The notes under the pieces are model-generated. The model had not been told where the DNA came from. It was given only the letters and a program-made list of their open reading frames with translations, and did no database searches. Shown here one piece after another: positions 21,531-30,647 of a DNA stretch of 64,000 nucleotides. Made by a program: the position numbers and the translations under genes. Every line of letters starts with the position of its first letter. Within the stretch, counting starts at the first letter, position 1. The DNA is from Erysipelotrichaceae bacterium (GTDB taxonomy: Bacteria > Bacillota_I > Bacilli_A > Erysipelotrichales > Erysipelotrichaceae): the NCBI GenBank assembly GCA_045544415.1, contig JAZPYW010000108.1, forward strand, positions 141-64,140, read 5' to 3'.

Positions 21531-22334
21531 TTATTCCTCCATCGGTCTTATGAGCCCGTGACGCAGGAGCGCGTGGTATACACCGTCCTCCAGTACGTCT
21601 TCCGTTACTTCATCAGCTCTGTTTTTCACTTCTTCTACGGCATTTCCCATCGCGATCCCCGTTCCGGCTTCCTCCATCATCTCCAGATCATTGAAGGAAT
21701 CTCCGAATACGTAGACATCTTCGACCGGAGTACCCGTCAGTTCACAATAACGGCGTATCCCGATGCCTTTGTTGATGCCGCGGATATTGACATCCACATA
21801 GGCCATCCCCTCGAACTGATAGCGGACATCGAGGTCCTTTGAGAAGATCTTTATGAAGTCCTCCATCGTATCCGTAGTATCGAAGGCGATCGACAGCATA
21901 TTGATGACTTCTTCCGGATCTCTGTCTTCATACGGAGTATATTCCGTATCATCTTCAAAGAGTTCGCAGAAATATTCGTGGACCGGATGTCCGATCCCGT
22001 TGGTATAGACACGGAAGGCCGATTCTACATAATAGACACTGTTGTGGCTGTCGCAGTAATCGACGATCTCCCGGATATAATGTTCTTCCAGTCCGTAATT
22101 GAAGAAGGTCTTCCCGTCTAGCTGCAGAAAGGAACCGTTACACATAAGATAGCCGTCCGCCTGAAGATCGACGATCCCCTGCGGCAGCATCCCCAGCATC
22201 CTTCCCGAAGCGATGATCGTACGGGCATTCTTCTTCAGTTCCCGGAAGGCATACTTCGTCTTTTCGCTCGGTTCCTTGAGTCCTCTCAGCAGGTCGATGA
22301 GCGTACCGTCGATGTCGAAGAACACCGTCTTCAT
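21531..22334 (-). CDS. Cof-type HAD-IIB phosphatase
   Basis: 267 aa. FFDIDGTL, IASGR, FGDSFNDLEMME. Confidence 0.8.
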   Translation of the reverse strand: MKTVFFDIDGTLIDLLRGLKEPSEKTKYAFRELKKNARTIIASGRMLGMLPQGIVDLQADGYLMCNGSFLQLDGKTFFNYGLEEHYIREIVDYCDSHNSVYYVESAFRVYTNGIGHPVHEYFCELFEDDTEYTPYEDRDPEEVINMLSIAFDTTDTMEDFIKIFSKDLDVRYQFEGMAYVDVNIRGINKGIGIRRYCELTGTPVEDVYVFGDSFNDLEMMEEAGTGIAMGNAVEEVKNRADEVTEDVLEDGVYHALLRHGLIRPMEE

Positions 22335-23173
22335 CTTTCTTCCTCCAGGATGTGTTTTCTTATGAAACGGGCCATACCGCTGTCGTGGCAGGGATATTCC
22401 GTGGTGTATTCTGCAGCCTCCAGGGCATCCTTCGTCCCGTCGCAGAGACAGACACCGTGTCCGTATTTCAGCATCTCGATATCGTTGGAAGTATCGCCGA
22501 AGGCATAGACCTCATCGGCAGAGAAACCGTGTTCCTCGCAGTATTTTTTCAGGGCAGCACCCTTGTCGATCCCCTTCTTCATCACTTCGTAGCAGATGAT
22601 CTGGGTACGGAAACCGCTGTGGTTCTTGAACGGATGCACTTTGACATATTCGACGACTCCATCCAGTTTATCGGCATCGACACGGAACAGGATCCTATAG
22701 ATCTTCCGGTCTCTGATATCATCCAGAGAAGAAATCTCCGCAAAGCGGGAATTTCCGGCATTTCTCTTTACGGAAGCACGGATGAGATCGTTCATTCCCA
22801 TCAGGTAATTGACATCATCATCGCAGTAGATACTGGCAGGCAGGTCCAGAGAAGACATGTGATCGAGCACTTCTTTCGCTTCATCGACATCCATCAGTCC
22901 GATATCGTAATGAAAACCGGTCTCCGAATCTTCCAGCATCGCACCATTCATCCCGATATAGAAATCAAAAGGCGCTTCCAGTCCCCATTCTTCATAACAG
23001 GAAGTGATCGCCGAGATCGGTCTTCCGGAAGCCAGTCCGGTCCGTATCCCTCTTCTGTGGAGCTCATTGAGAACGTCTCTCGTCTCCTGTGTGATCACAT
23101 GATCGACACCGCAGATCGTACCGTCGATATCCATCACTACTGCTTTTACTTTGTTTTCAGACGTATTTTTCAT
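22331..23173 (-). CDS. Cof-type HAD-IIB phosphatase
   Basis: 280 aa. VMDIDGTI, LASGRP, FGDTSNDIEML. 4-nt overlap with the next HAD gene. Confidence 0.8.
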   Translation of the reverse strand: MKNTSENKVKAVVMDIDGTICGVDHVITQETRDVLNELHRRGIRTGLASGRPISAITSCYEEWGLEAPFDFYIGMNGAMLEDSETGFHYDIGLMDVDEAKEVLDHMSSLDLPASIYCDDDVNYLMGMNDLIRASVKRNAGNSRFAEISSLDDIRDRKIYRILFRVDADKLDGVVEYVKVHPFKNHSGFRTQIICYEVMKKGIDKGAALKKYCEEHGFSADEVYAFGDTSNDIEMLKYGHGVCLCDGTKDALEAAEYTTEYPCHDSGMARFIRKHILEEER

Positions 23174-23227
23174 ATTACGTTCTCAAACATAGCATATTTT
23201 TCTCTTCTCTTCCAGTAAAAAGACACC

Positions 23228-23256
23228 GGAAAAAGAAAAGGTCTCAATCGAGACCT
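23228..23256 (-). terminator. Rho-independent terminator after the M48 peptidase gene
   Basis: AGGTCTC (23239-23245) aatc GAGACCT (23250-23256). The minus-strand RNA continues UUUUCUUUUU. Overlaps the stop codon. Confidence 0.6.
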
Positions 23257-24607
23257 AGTTTCTGATCATTGCGTGGTAAGTGATGAGGATCGGTGCCTCC
23301 GGATCGTACCATTCTCCCTTGTCGAAAGTCTTGCCGCCGATGAGGACGCGGATGACGGAATTCTCCTTAGTGAAGAAGGTGCTTCTCAGGTCAGCGACCT
23401 GTTCGACCTGGATGCTGTGGAAACCCAGCTGAGACAGAGCGATATAGACATCTTTATAGTCTTTGCCGGCATAGTAGCGTTCGCTCTGCGGCATGCGGAT
23501 CTCATTCGGATGGAAGGCCCTTTCCTCTTCCTCGCTGAGCGGCTGATAGTAATCGAGCTCGACACAGCTGTCCTTGGTGAACCAGCTGCATTCCTTGAAG
23601 TCGTCTTTTCCGTCGATACTGAAGCGGAGGATATCTCCCCTGCCGGCATTCTTCTTCTCGATCGAGCGGTTCTTACGGATGTCTGTGAGACCGAGTTCTC
23701 TCAGCTCCTGTTCGACCGTATCCGCATTCCTTCCGATGAAGGAGCGGGCGTCTTTATCTAATGGGATCAGGGTATGAGGGGTGCCGTTCTTTTCTTCTTC
23801 GAGGAAGGTCACGAGGTTTTGGAAAGCGTCGGAATGCCTCCAGGCATCTGCTTCATAGGCACGGACAGCAGTCAGCGGATGAGACTGTCTAGAGAGGATC
23901 ATGAATTCCATCGAACGGTTGACGGCGCTGTCGCCGATGTATTCCTTGTATTCGAGTGCCTGCTTCATGAATTCCTCGCGGCTGGCTTCATCGTCGATGA
24001 ATTTCGAATAGCCGGCCAGACGCATGCATACTTCGACCATCTTGTCGGAGCCTCCGTCTGCCAGTACCGCGACACGGTCGGCTGAGAATTCGCTGCATCT
24101 CATCCAGTAGGCAAAAGCCATCTGCAGAGGAACACTCAGAAGCGAACCCAGTCCGGCGGTGAGAACGGAAAGACCTCCCAGAGCTCCGCTCATGATGACG
24201 GAACCGATCGTGCGGTAGAGGACGTGATGACAGAGGATGTGTCCGCATTCATGTGCCAGCACCGTAGGGATGAGTTCATCCGGAAGGACATCCAGAAGAC
24301 CGGAGGTGATCACGATGAACGGTTCGTTCTCGCCGTATGTGTAGGCATTCGGATAGACGTTCTGTTCGAGGTAGAGGTCCGGAGTCTCGATCTCTAGTTT
24401 CCCGGCGACCTCCTCCAGCATATGCCAGTATTTCGGCAATTGTTTTTCACTGATACGTACCCTTCCCGACATATTCAGGATGCGGTACTGCTTCTCATTC
24501 CATTCTTTCATAAAGGTCTTGGTGACCTGAGTAAAACCCGGGATCGCTTTAAGAGCCGTTAAGGCAGCCCGGTCGGATTCATGTATCAGAAGATTCGGAT
24601 CGATCAT
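23255..24607 (-). CDS. M48-family zinc metallopeptidase with extra C-terminal domains
   Basis: 450 aa. VLAHECGHILCHH (HExxH), a downstream EFSADR third-ligand region, TM segment, and about 170 aa of C-terminal extension. Confidence 0.8.
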   Translation of the reverse strand: MIDPNLLIHESDRAALTALKAIPGFTQVTKTFMKEWNEKQYRILNMSGRVRISEKQLPKYWHMLEEVAGKLEIETPDLYLEQNVYPNAYTYGENEPFIVITSGLLDVLPDELIPTVLAHECGHILCHHVLYRTIGSVIMSGALGGLSVLTAGLGSLLSVPLQMAFAYWMRCSEFSADRVAVLADGGSDKMVEVCMRLAGYSKFIDDEASREEFMKQALEYKEYIGDSAVNRSMEFMILSRQSHPLTAVRAYEADAWRHSDAFQNLVTFLEEEKNGTPHTLIPLDKDARSFIGRNADTVEQELRELGLTDIRKNRSIEKKNAGRGDILRFSIDGKDDFKECSWFTKDSCVELDYYQPLSEEEERAFHPNEIRMPQSERYYAGKDYKDVYIALSQLGFHSIQVEQVADLRSTFFTKENSVIRVLIGGKTFDKGEWYDPEAPILITYHAMIRN

Positions 24608-24673
24608 ATTTCTTCACTCCTTTTTTCTTTATTATATCCCGAAGAAAAAAGAAGGGAAAATCCCTTCTGCAGG

Positions 24674-25114
24674 TCATACCTCCTGGTGGAGAGATACACT
24701 TTGAAGATTGGCGAAGTAGAGATGGAAGTTTTCCGGAAGTTTCACTTTCTTCGATTCCTCATAGAGGTCTTCAAAGTGTTCCGGGACGTTGGTTCCAAGA
24801 TTGAAGTCGATGCGTTCGACCCCTTCGCATTCCTGCCGTACTTTCTCGAAGGACGGACATTCCGCAAAGAGGTTGGAGGCAAAGAGGATGGCCATGGTGC
24901 GCTCCTTTCTCTCCATGTCGAAGGGCTCATACGGAACGAAGCTCTTCAGGGAGAGAGACATAGGACGGTAGTTATAGGTGACGTAGCTGACGACAAAGGC
25001 TTCACGGTGTCCTACCCAGAGTTCGACATAGAAGTCGACACCTCCGTTGAGACCGTCAGCACCCATGTAGCCGCCGGAACCTCCGGCGAAATAATATGCA
25101 GCGATTCCCGACAT
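24674..25114 (-). CDS. Hypothetical protein
   Basis: 146 aa. AAGGAG lies 7 nt upstream of the ATG. No motif recognised. Preferred over the overlapping plus-strand ORF 24581-25192, which runs into the M48 gene. Confidence 0.5.
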   Translation of the reverse strand: MSGIAAYYFAGGSGGYMGADGLNGGVDFYVELWVGHREAFVVSYVTYNYRPMSLSLKSFVPYEPFDMERKERTMAILFASNLFAECPSFEKVRQECEGVERIDFNLGTNVPEHFEDLYEESKKVKLPENFHLYFANLQSVSLHQEV

Positions 25115-25541
25115 TGCGATACTCCTTTCTCTGATCAGTTTTATTGTACAGACTGTAAAGGGTCTTTCTGCGGTACGAAGACCATTTTTTAAACATTTTG
25201 ATCCCTTCGTGTGTACCGCTGCATCTATGAAGACCCGCTGTACAGCCGGGCGTGTGTACAGCCGAAAAAGTGCCTTCTATAGGAGGGAAACGATCATTTA
25301 GAGGATCCTTCCCATAGGTAGAAAAGAAAGATGAAAAAACGATAGAATAGCACTTGAATTTTCTTCATGTCTCCTTCATAATGAGGTCACACAGGAGATC
25401 CTCTGTACAGACAGAGTTTGCATAGATGACAGATATGAACGTAAGAACCCACCGGAAAAGACGTTCTTTGACAATTGAATATACCTTTTCAGAAACCATT
25501 TCCCCTTTCCTGCATTACAATGAAGAAAAGGAAGCTTATCT

Positions 25542-26081
25542 ATGAACAGATCATTTGAAAGACTGGCAGAAGGAAACAGGACCTATGTCTCAGCAGACTG
25601 CAGCACAGGAGTTTTTTCAGCGAAGAGAAGAGAGGAGACGGCCGATCATCAGCATCCCTTCATCGTCGTGATCACCTGTTCGGATTCGCGTGTCGTTCCC
25701 GAGCAGATCTTCTCGGCGTCCTTAGGCGATCTCTTTACGATCCGGACGGCGGGAAACACCATCGGAGAGAGTGAGCTTGCCAGCATCGAATATGCGCTGG
25801 ATCACCTCCATGTACAGGATATCCTGGTCCTCGCGCATGAGAACTGCGGTGCAGTTAAGGCAGCCTTATCCGGACATACGGACGGCTATGCGGGCGTGAT
25901 CGTCAAAAAGATACAGCTCGCCATAGGCGATGAGACCGTCGCTTCAAAAGCGGCGATGCGGAATGCGGAACACTCCGTGAGAAAGATCTGCGAGACCTTC
26001 CGGGGACGTTTTCCGGATCTGGATGTACGCTCTGCGTTCTATCATCTGAGGAGCGGAACCGTAGACTTCTACAACCATTGA
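25542..26081 (+). CDS. Beta-class carbonic anhydrase
   Basis: 179 aa. ITCSDSRVVPE and LAHENCGAV (Cys-His-Cys zinc ligands, Asp-Arg dyad). Confidence 0.85.
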   Translation: MNRSFERLAEGNRTYVSADCSTGVFSAKRREETADHQHPFIVVITCSDSRVVPEQIFSASLGDLFTIRTAGNTIGESELASIEYALDHLHVQDILVLAHENCGAVKAALSGHTDGYAGVIVKKIQLAIGDETVASKAAMRNAEHSVRKICETFRGRFPDLDVRSAFYHLRSGTVDFYNH

Positions 26082-26122
26082 CAGGAAAAGGCATCGGAAG
26101 ATGCCTTTCTTATTCCTTCATG

Positions 26123-26977
26123 TCAGATCAGAAGGTCCTTACCGTCTTCAGCGTCGATGAGTTCTCTGGCTTTTTCCTGGAGTTCCAGAGCCCATTTGAG
26201 TGTCCCTTCCGTAAACATGGAGCCGGTCTTCTTCTTGAAGCGGAGAGCGATCTCGGCACTCTGAGAAAAATGCAGGGCCGCAAAAGGATCGGCATCGACT
26301 CCCTTTCCGTAGAGATAGCAGTCGGCTAGACGGGCATGGACATCGCCGATGCAGTCGGCATACAGACCGTCTGAATTCTGCATGAGTACATAACAGTGAT
26401 CGTAGATGCAGAAAGCCTCTTTCAGATCCTGTTTGACATAATAGCCGTTCTTATACATATCCCCGATCTTGTACAGAGATATCACATGACCGTCCAGTGC
26501 GCCTTTTACGAAGCGATGGTATGCCTTTTCATAGTCCGCTTCTCCGGTGCGGCCATAGTAATAGATGTAGCCGAGGTTCTCAGTCGCCTGACGGTCCCCC
26601 AGTTCTTCTGCTTTGAGATAGTACTCTTCCGCCCTTTCGTAATCCGGTTCCTCGCCGATACGTCCGGTATAATAGAGAGCTCCCAGGGCATTGGCGGCAT
26701 TCCCATTTCCGCATTTGACCTCCTGGATGAGAAGATTTTCCAGAAATTCCTGCAGGATCTCCGGAACATGACGGGCCTGCGATACATTCATATAATTCTC
26801 CAGTATCTTCGCGGCCGTGATATCTTCGTTGCGGATCCCCTGCAGACAGTCGTCGATCCAGGCGAGATAGATATCGCTGTCCTCTTTCCAGATCGGATCG
26901 TAGAACTGCTCCCGGATCTTCTTCAGTCTCTTTTCGATCTCTTCCATCGTCCAGTAATAGTACACTTTATCTTCCAT
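26123..26977 (-). CDS. Sel1-like (TPR-related) repeat protein
   Basis: ORF track extends to 27079. The ATG at 26977 (MEDKVYYYW) has GGAGGA 6 nt upstream. Repeated A..LG..Y..G.G...DY.KA..Y..KA units. Confidence 0.7.
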   Translation of the reverse strand: MEDKVYYYWTMEEIEKRLKKIREQFYDPIWKEDSDIYLAWIDDCLQGIRNEDITAAKILENYMNVSQARHVPEILQEFLENLLIQEVKCGNGNAANALGALYYTGRIGEEPDYERAEEYYLKAEELGDRQATENLGYIYYYGRTGEADYEKAYHRFVKGALDGHVISLYKIGDMYKNGYYVKQDLKEAFCIYDHCYVLMQNSDGLYADCIGDVHARLADCYLYGKGVDADPFAALHFSQSAEIALRFKKKTGSMFTEGTLKWALELQEKARELIDAEDGKDLLI

Positions 26978-27133
26978 TCTTTTTCCTCCATGTATCCCCA
27001 TTATGTATTCTTTCCGATACAGGCAGGTCGCATACCCGGCGACATCTTTCACTATCAGTATAGATATGGCGATGGACAAAAAACATGACCGTAAAAAAGC
27101 CCCTGCCGAAGCAGGAGCCCTGATCGTGAAAGA

Positions 27134-27799
27134 TCAGATATGGAAGAGACTCAAAGCGATCAGCAGCTGCCCCGCATAGTAGAGAGACAGGTTGGCGATA
27201 CGCATTGAGAGCTTGCTGGAATTGCCGAAAGTATTGAATATCAGAATGATATCGCTGGCCATGAAGGCAAGCGCTCCGATCGCGAACAGGATGCGGTCCA
27301 TACTGCGAAGAGCCAGCAGATTCCCCAGAGCGACGAAGGCCATGATGACGACGGCTCCGACATAGACGACACCGAAGATCTTGAAGGCAGTTTTGACCTC
27401 CATCGTTTTGAAGATGTAGGCCAGAAGGATCGCTGCAAGTATCGCTCCGAGGATGATCCACGGAAGCGGATTCGGGGAAAGAGGCAGCAGTGCGATCAGA
27501 TAAAGGATGTGTCCGACCAGGAAGATCAGGATCCCCAGAAGGAAGATCTTCTGTCCCTGATTCGGGAATACATGGCGCAGATTGAGAAGGATATCTCCGA
27601 TCATACCCATGATGAGGCCGTAGACAATGAGGCTGCTGAAGCCGGTGCCGGCGTTCTTATGTCCGAGATAGCCGATCAGGACGAAGCAGAAGGAAGCAGA
27701 TCCCTTGAGGATCACTGCCTTGACGAAATCCTTCTTATTCTCGATGTAGATGAAAGCAGCCTGCAGCAGTATGCCGGCAATGCAGAGAACATACTTCAT
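27134..27799 (-). CDS. YhhN-family membrane protein (lysoplasmalogenase-like)
   Basis: 221 aa, about 8 TM segments. Size and hydrophobic pattern fit YhhN/TMEM86. Assignment is from memory of the family, not from a motif match. Confidence 0.5.
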   Translation of the reverse strand: MKYVLCIAGILLQAAFIYIENKKDFVKAVILKGSASFCFVLIGYLGHKNAGTGFSSLIVYGLIMGMIGDILLNLRHVFPNQGQKIFLLGILIFLVGHILYLIALLPLSPNPLPWIILGAILAAILLAYIFKTMEVKTAFKIFGVVYVGAVVIMAFVALGNLLALRSMDRILFAIGALAFMASDIILIFNTFGNSSKLSMRIANLSLYYAGQLLIALSLFHI

Positions 27800-27811
27800 A
27801 ATTCATTCCTC

Positions 27812-29803
27812 CTACAGCATGGATGATCCGCCCGTAACGATCCAGCAGGCCAGGATGGCGATGACCAGAGCGCCGGTATACACGTTATGTGTCTTCCGGT
27901 AGCAGACCGTTCCCACAAGCGAGAAGAAGAGGATCTGCGGCAGGAAGAGGATCAGAAGCGACATGAACGGACCGCCGAAGGTGCTTCCGAAGAGGAGATC
28001 GGCACCCGGAGAGATATCCAGGAAGAACGGAATGTATTCGATCGCCGTTATGATCAGGATACCTCCGGCCATCAGGAAGAAATTCTTGAGCCAGTCGCCG
28101 ATGAATCCGAAGACGCCCTTACGGTATGTAGAACCGGTGCGGAAAGAGGCAAAGATCTTGGAGTTGTTCATGATGTAGAACAGCGCGAAGATAGGGATAT
28201 ATACGAGGAACTGCAGGAAACGCGCTCCGGTGAACGGCCGGAAGAAAGGCCATATGATACGCAGATCAAGATCGAAGATCAGCGTGAAGAGCCAGTTTAC
28301 CAGATAGACCATGCCGGTCAGGATGAGCGCCAGGATCAGAGATTTGACAAAGAGGAGCCAGTCGATATGATCGTGGACTTCATCGCTTCCCAGACCGGTC
28401 TCACGTGTATCTTTTGCCAGACCGCGTTTCTTTCTGCGGGCATTGCCGATGACGTTGGTGATCACCATGATGAGGATCAGAAGGCCATACCAGCTCAGGA
28501 AGCCATTGCCGATCGTCATACGGAAGATCCCTTCCGGAAGCGGCAGCAGACCATGACCAAGCTGTGTCATGAACGGGAAGGAGAAGCCGGCGAGAAGGAT
28601 CGTTATAAGAGCTCCTTTCCACCAGGATCCCCTCTTCTTCATCGTCATCTCATCCGGAAGCGGCTGAACGATATAGACGAACATATCTTTTTCCAGAAGC
28701 AGAGACATCAGAGGGAACATCGCCAGCAATACCAGCAGCATTGCTGCCAGGGTGAGCCACTCTTTATTCATCGCCGTAAGATCATCATAGGCCAGAGAAG
28801 ATTTATGGCCGGTCGCGGAATCAAACCATTCCAATGCAGTCGCAAGACCCTGGGAATGATGGGTCGTCAGACGGTGGTTCGTATAGAGCAGTTCCATCCT
28901 TCTCGCGGAACCGTCCGCAAAATCACCGAATGTCTTGTTCCAGGAAGACTGGGCGGCAGACACGCCGAGGAATTCGCTGCGGAGCGGACTTGTCAGCAGT
29001 TCATCGCTTACGATACGCTGATAGTCGCGGAAGTAGGAGAATTCATCATACTTCGCCTGCAGCAGAAGGACATTGTTGAAATGGATCGAGGAATCATAAA
29101 CGCTGTTCCGGAAGAGTTCACCGCACTGAAGTACGGTAGCGACCGGTTCGATCGGTGTTCCGGAATAAGCTGCAGCTACGCTCCAGCTGGACCAGGTACC
29201 CATCGAGTGACCGCTTAGGGACATCTTCTTATTATCTACGTAAGGGAGTTCGGACAGATACCTGTAGGCATCGATTCCTCCGCAGCTGGAATCGATGATG
29301 GAGTTGCCGTCGCTGTCCTTTGAGTAATAATCGTTAAAGAAGGAAAGATTCGAGAAGTTCATCATGAGCCTGTATCGTTTGGCTCCGCCGATCGCCGTAT
29401 AGGTCCCGTCTGCCTCGGATTCATTTCCGTAGTTGACCGTGACCTTGTGGTTGACGTAGCCTCTGTTGAACAGACCCGCTGAAGTAGACCCATGTCCGTA
29501 CTCATCGAGAGACAGAACGACGTATCCCCTTCTTGAGAGTTCGATCGCGTAGGCAGCACATGTCTCGTGATCGTTCTGATAACCATGCAGGAGCAGAACA
29601 GCAGGAGCCTTCGCACTTTCCGTTGCGCTCTTCGGTCTGTAGAGCTTGTAGGTAAGTGCACCCTTGTCTGTTTCGATTGTACCATCCGTGATCTGCACGG
29701 AAGTACCGCTGTGCTGAATGAGATTTGCCGCGAACATACAGCCGAAAGCCATCAGCAGCATGACCACCAGCAAAACAGCTTTAGAACTCACCTTGGTTCT
29801 CAT
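27812..29803 (-). CDS. Alpha/beta hydrolase domain fused to a C-terminal polytopic membrane domain
   Basis: 663 aa. N-terminal TM/signal, LLLHGYQNDHE, nucleophile elbow LSGHSMGTW (GxSxG), then about 300 aa with multiple TM helices. Confidence 0.7.
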   Translation of the reverse strand: MRTKVSSKAVLLVVMLLMAFGCMFAANLIQHSGTSVQITDGTIETDKGALTYKLYRPKSATESAKAPAVLLLHGYQNDHETCAAYAIELSRRGYVVLSLDEYGHGSTSAGLFNRGYVNHKVTVNYGNESEADGTYTAIGGAKRYRLMMNFSNLSFFNDYYSKDSDGNSIIDSSCGGIDAYRYLSELPYVDNKKMSLSGHSMGTWSSWSVAAAYSGTPIEPVATVLQCGELFRNSVYDSSIHFNNVLLLQAKYDEFSYFRDYQRIVSDELLTSPLRSEFLGVSAAQSSWNKTFGDFADGSARRMELLYTNHRLTTHHSQGLATALEWFDSATGHKSSLAYDDLTAMNKEWLTLAAMLLVLLAMFPLMSLLLEKDMFVYIVQPLPDEMTMKKRGSWWKGALITILLAGFSFPFMTQLGHGLLPLPEGIFRMTIGNGFLSWYGLLILIMVITNVIGNARRKKRGLAKDTRETGLGSDEVHDHIDWLLFVKSLILALILTGMVYLVNWLFTLIFDLDLRIIWPFFRPFTGARFLQFLVYIPIFALFYIMNNSKIFASFRTGSTYRKGVFGFIGDWLKNFFLMAGGILIITAIEYIPFFLDISPGADLLFGSTFGGPFMSLLILFLPQILFFSLVGTVCYRKTHNVYTGALVIAILACWIVTGGSSML

Positions 29804-29829
29804 AATTACCCCCCTATATCATTATTATC

Positions 29830-29840
29830 TGGTCAGACCA
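29830..29840. promoter_or_regulatory. GntR/FadR-type operator TGGTCAGACCA (copy 1)
   Basis: Inverted repeat TGGTC-a-GACCA fits the tnGTnnnACna pattern of FadR-subfamily operators. Next to the hydrolase gene start. Confidence 0.5.
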
Positions 29841-29918
29841 TATCTAATTCTAATGTATAGCATTTTTACCTCATTGACAAATACTTTCTTGAAATGCCTA
29901 TAATGAGTTGACTGGTTT

Positions 29919-29929
29919 TGGTCAGACCA
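29919..29929. promoter_or_regulatory. GntR/FadR-type operator TGGTCAGACCA (copy 2)
   Basis: Identical 11-mer lying between TATAAT (29899-29904) and the GGAGG ribosome-binding site of the GntR gene. Confidence 0.55.
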
Positions 29930-29939
29930 AATATCGGAG

Positions 29940-30647
29940 GTGTCTATGTTTGAAGAGATCGTCGCTCCTACCGTCAAGGAGCTGTTTATCGACCGGATCG
30001 AGAATCTGATCCTGACCGGTGAACTGCAGATCGGAGAAAAACTGCCGAGTGAAAGGGAACTGGCAGAGAAAATGAAGATATCCAAGACTGCCGTTCATTC
30101 GGGAATATCCGACCTTCAGAGAAAAGGCTTCCTGAAAGTCGTGCCGCGTATCGGGATCTTCGTAGATGACTATACATCCAACGGAACTCTGGAAGTTCTC
30201 GCTTCGATCATCCATCACAATCAGGGAAAGATGACGAGCCGCAACGTCCGCAGTATCCTCGAAGTCCGGGCTGCGATCGAAAGCATCGCGATCAAAGACA
30301 TTATCAGGCTGGATGATCCGAAGATCGATGAAGATCTGAAAGAGATCGCTCTTCAGGCCGATAAGACAGATGACCCTTATAAGCTTGCGGCTATCTATTA
30401 TGAATTCCATCACTGTATCTGCACATCTTCAGGAAACATCATCATTCCCCTGATCATGAACGCCTTCCGCGAGCCGGCAGTCCGGATGTGGACAAACTCC
30501 ACCAGAGCACTGGGTGCCGAAGAAAGCAGAAACAGGATCAATACGCTATTGAGATACATCATGGAAAGAGATGAAGTCCAGGCAGTGAGATATATCGAAT
30601 GGATCTGCAATACTTCAGAGGAGATCGTAAATGAGCACAGTCTATAA
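29940..30647 (+). CDS. GntR-family transcriptional regulator, FadR subfamily
   Basis: 235 aa. N-terminal wHTH LPSERELAEKMKISKTAVHSGISDLQRKGFL. All-helical FCD-type C-terminal domain. Confidence 0.85.
   Translation: MSMFEEIVAPTVKELFIDRIENLILTGELQIGEKLPSERELAEKMKISKTAVHSGISDLQRKGFLKVVPRIGIFVDDYTSNGTLEVLASIIHHNQGKMTSRNVRSILEVRAAIESIAIKDIIRLDDPKIDEDLKEIALQADKTDDPYKLAAIYYEFHHCICTSSGNIIIPLIMNAFREPAVRMWTNSTRALGAEESRNRINTLLRYIMERDEVQAVRYIEWICNTSEEIVNEHSL

Noticed and set aside
24581-25192. 203-aa plus-strand ORF
   Set aside because: It overlaps the 5' end of the M48 peptidase gene and lies antisense to the 146-aa minus-strand ORF, which has a good AAGGAG-ATG context. Neither ORF has recognisable motifs, so the minus-strand call is itself only moderate.
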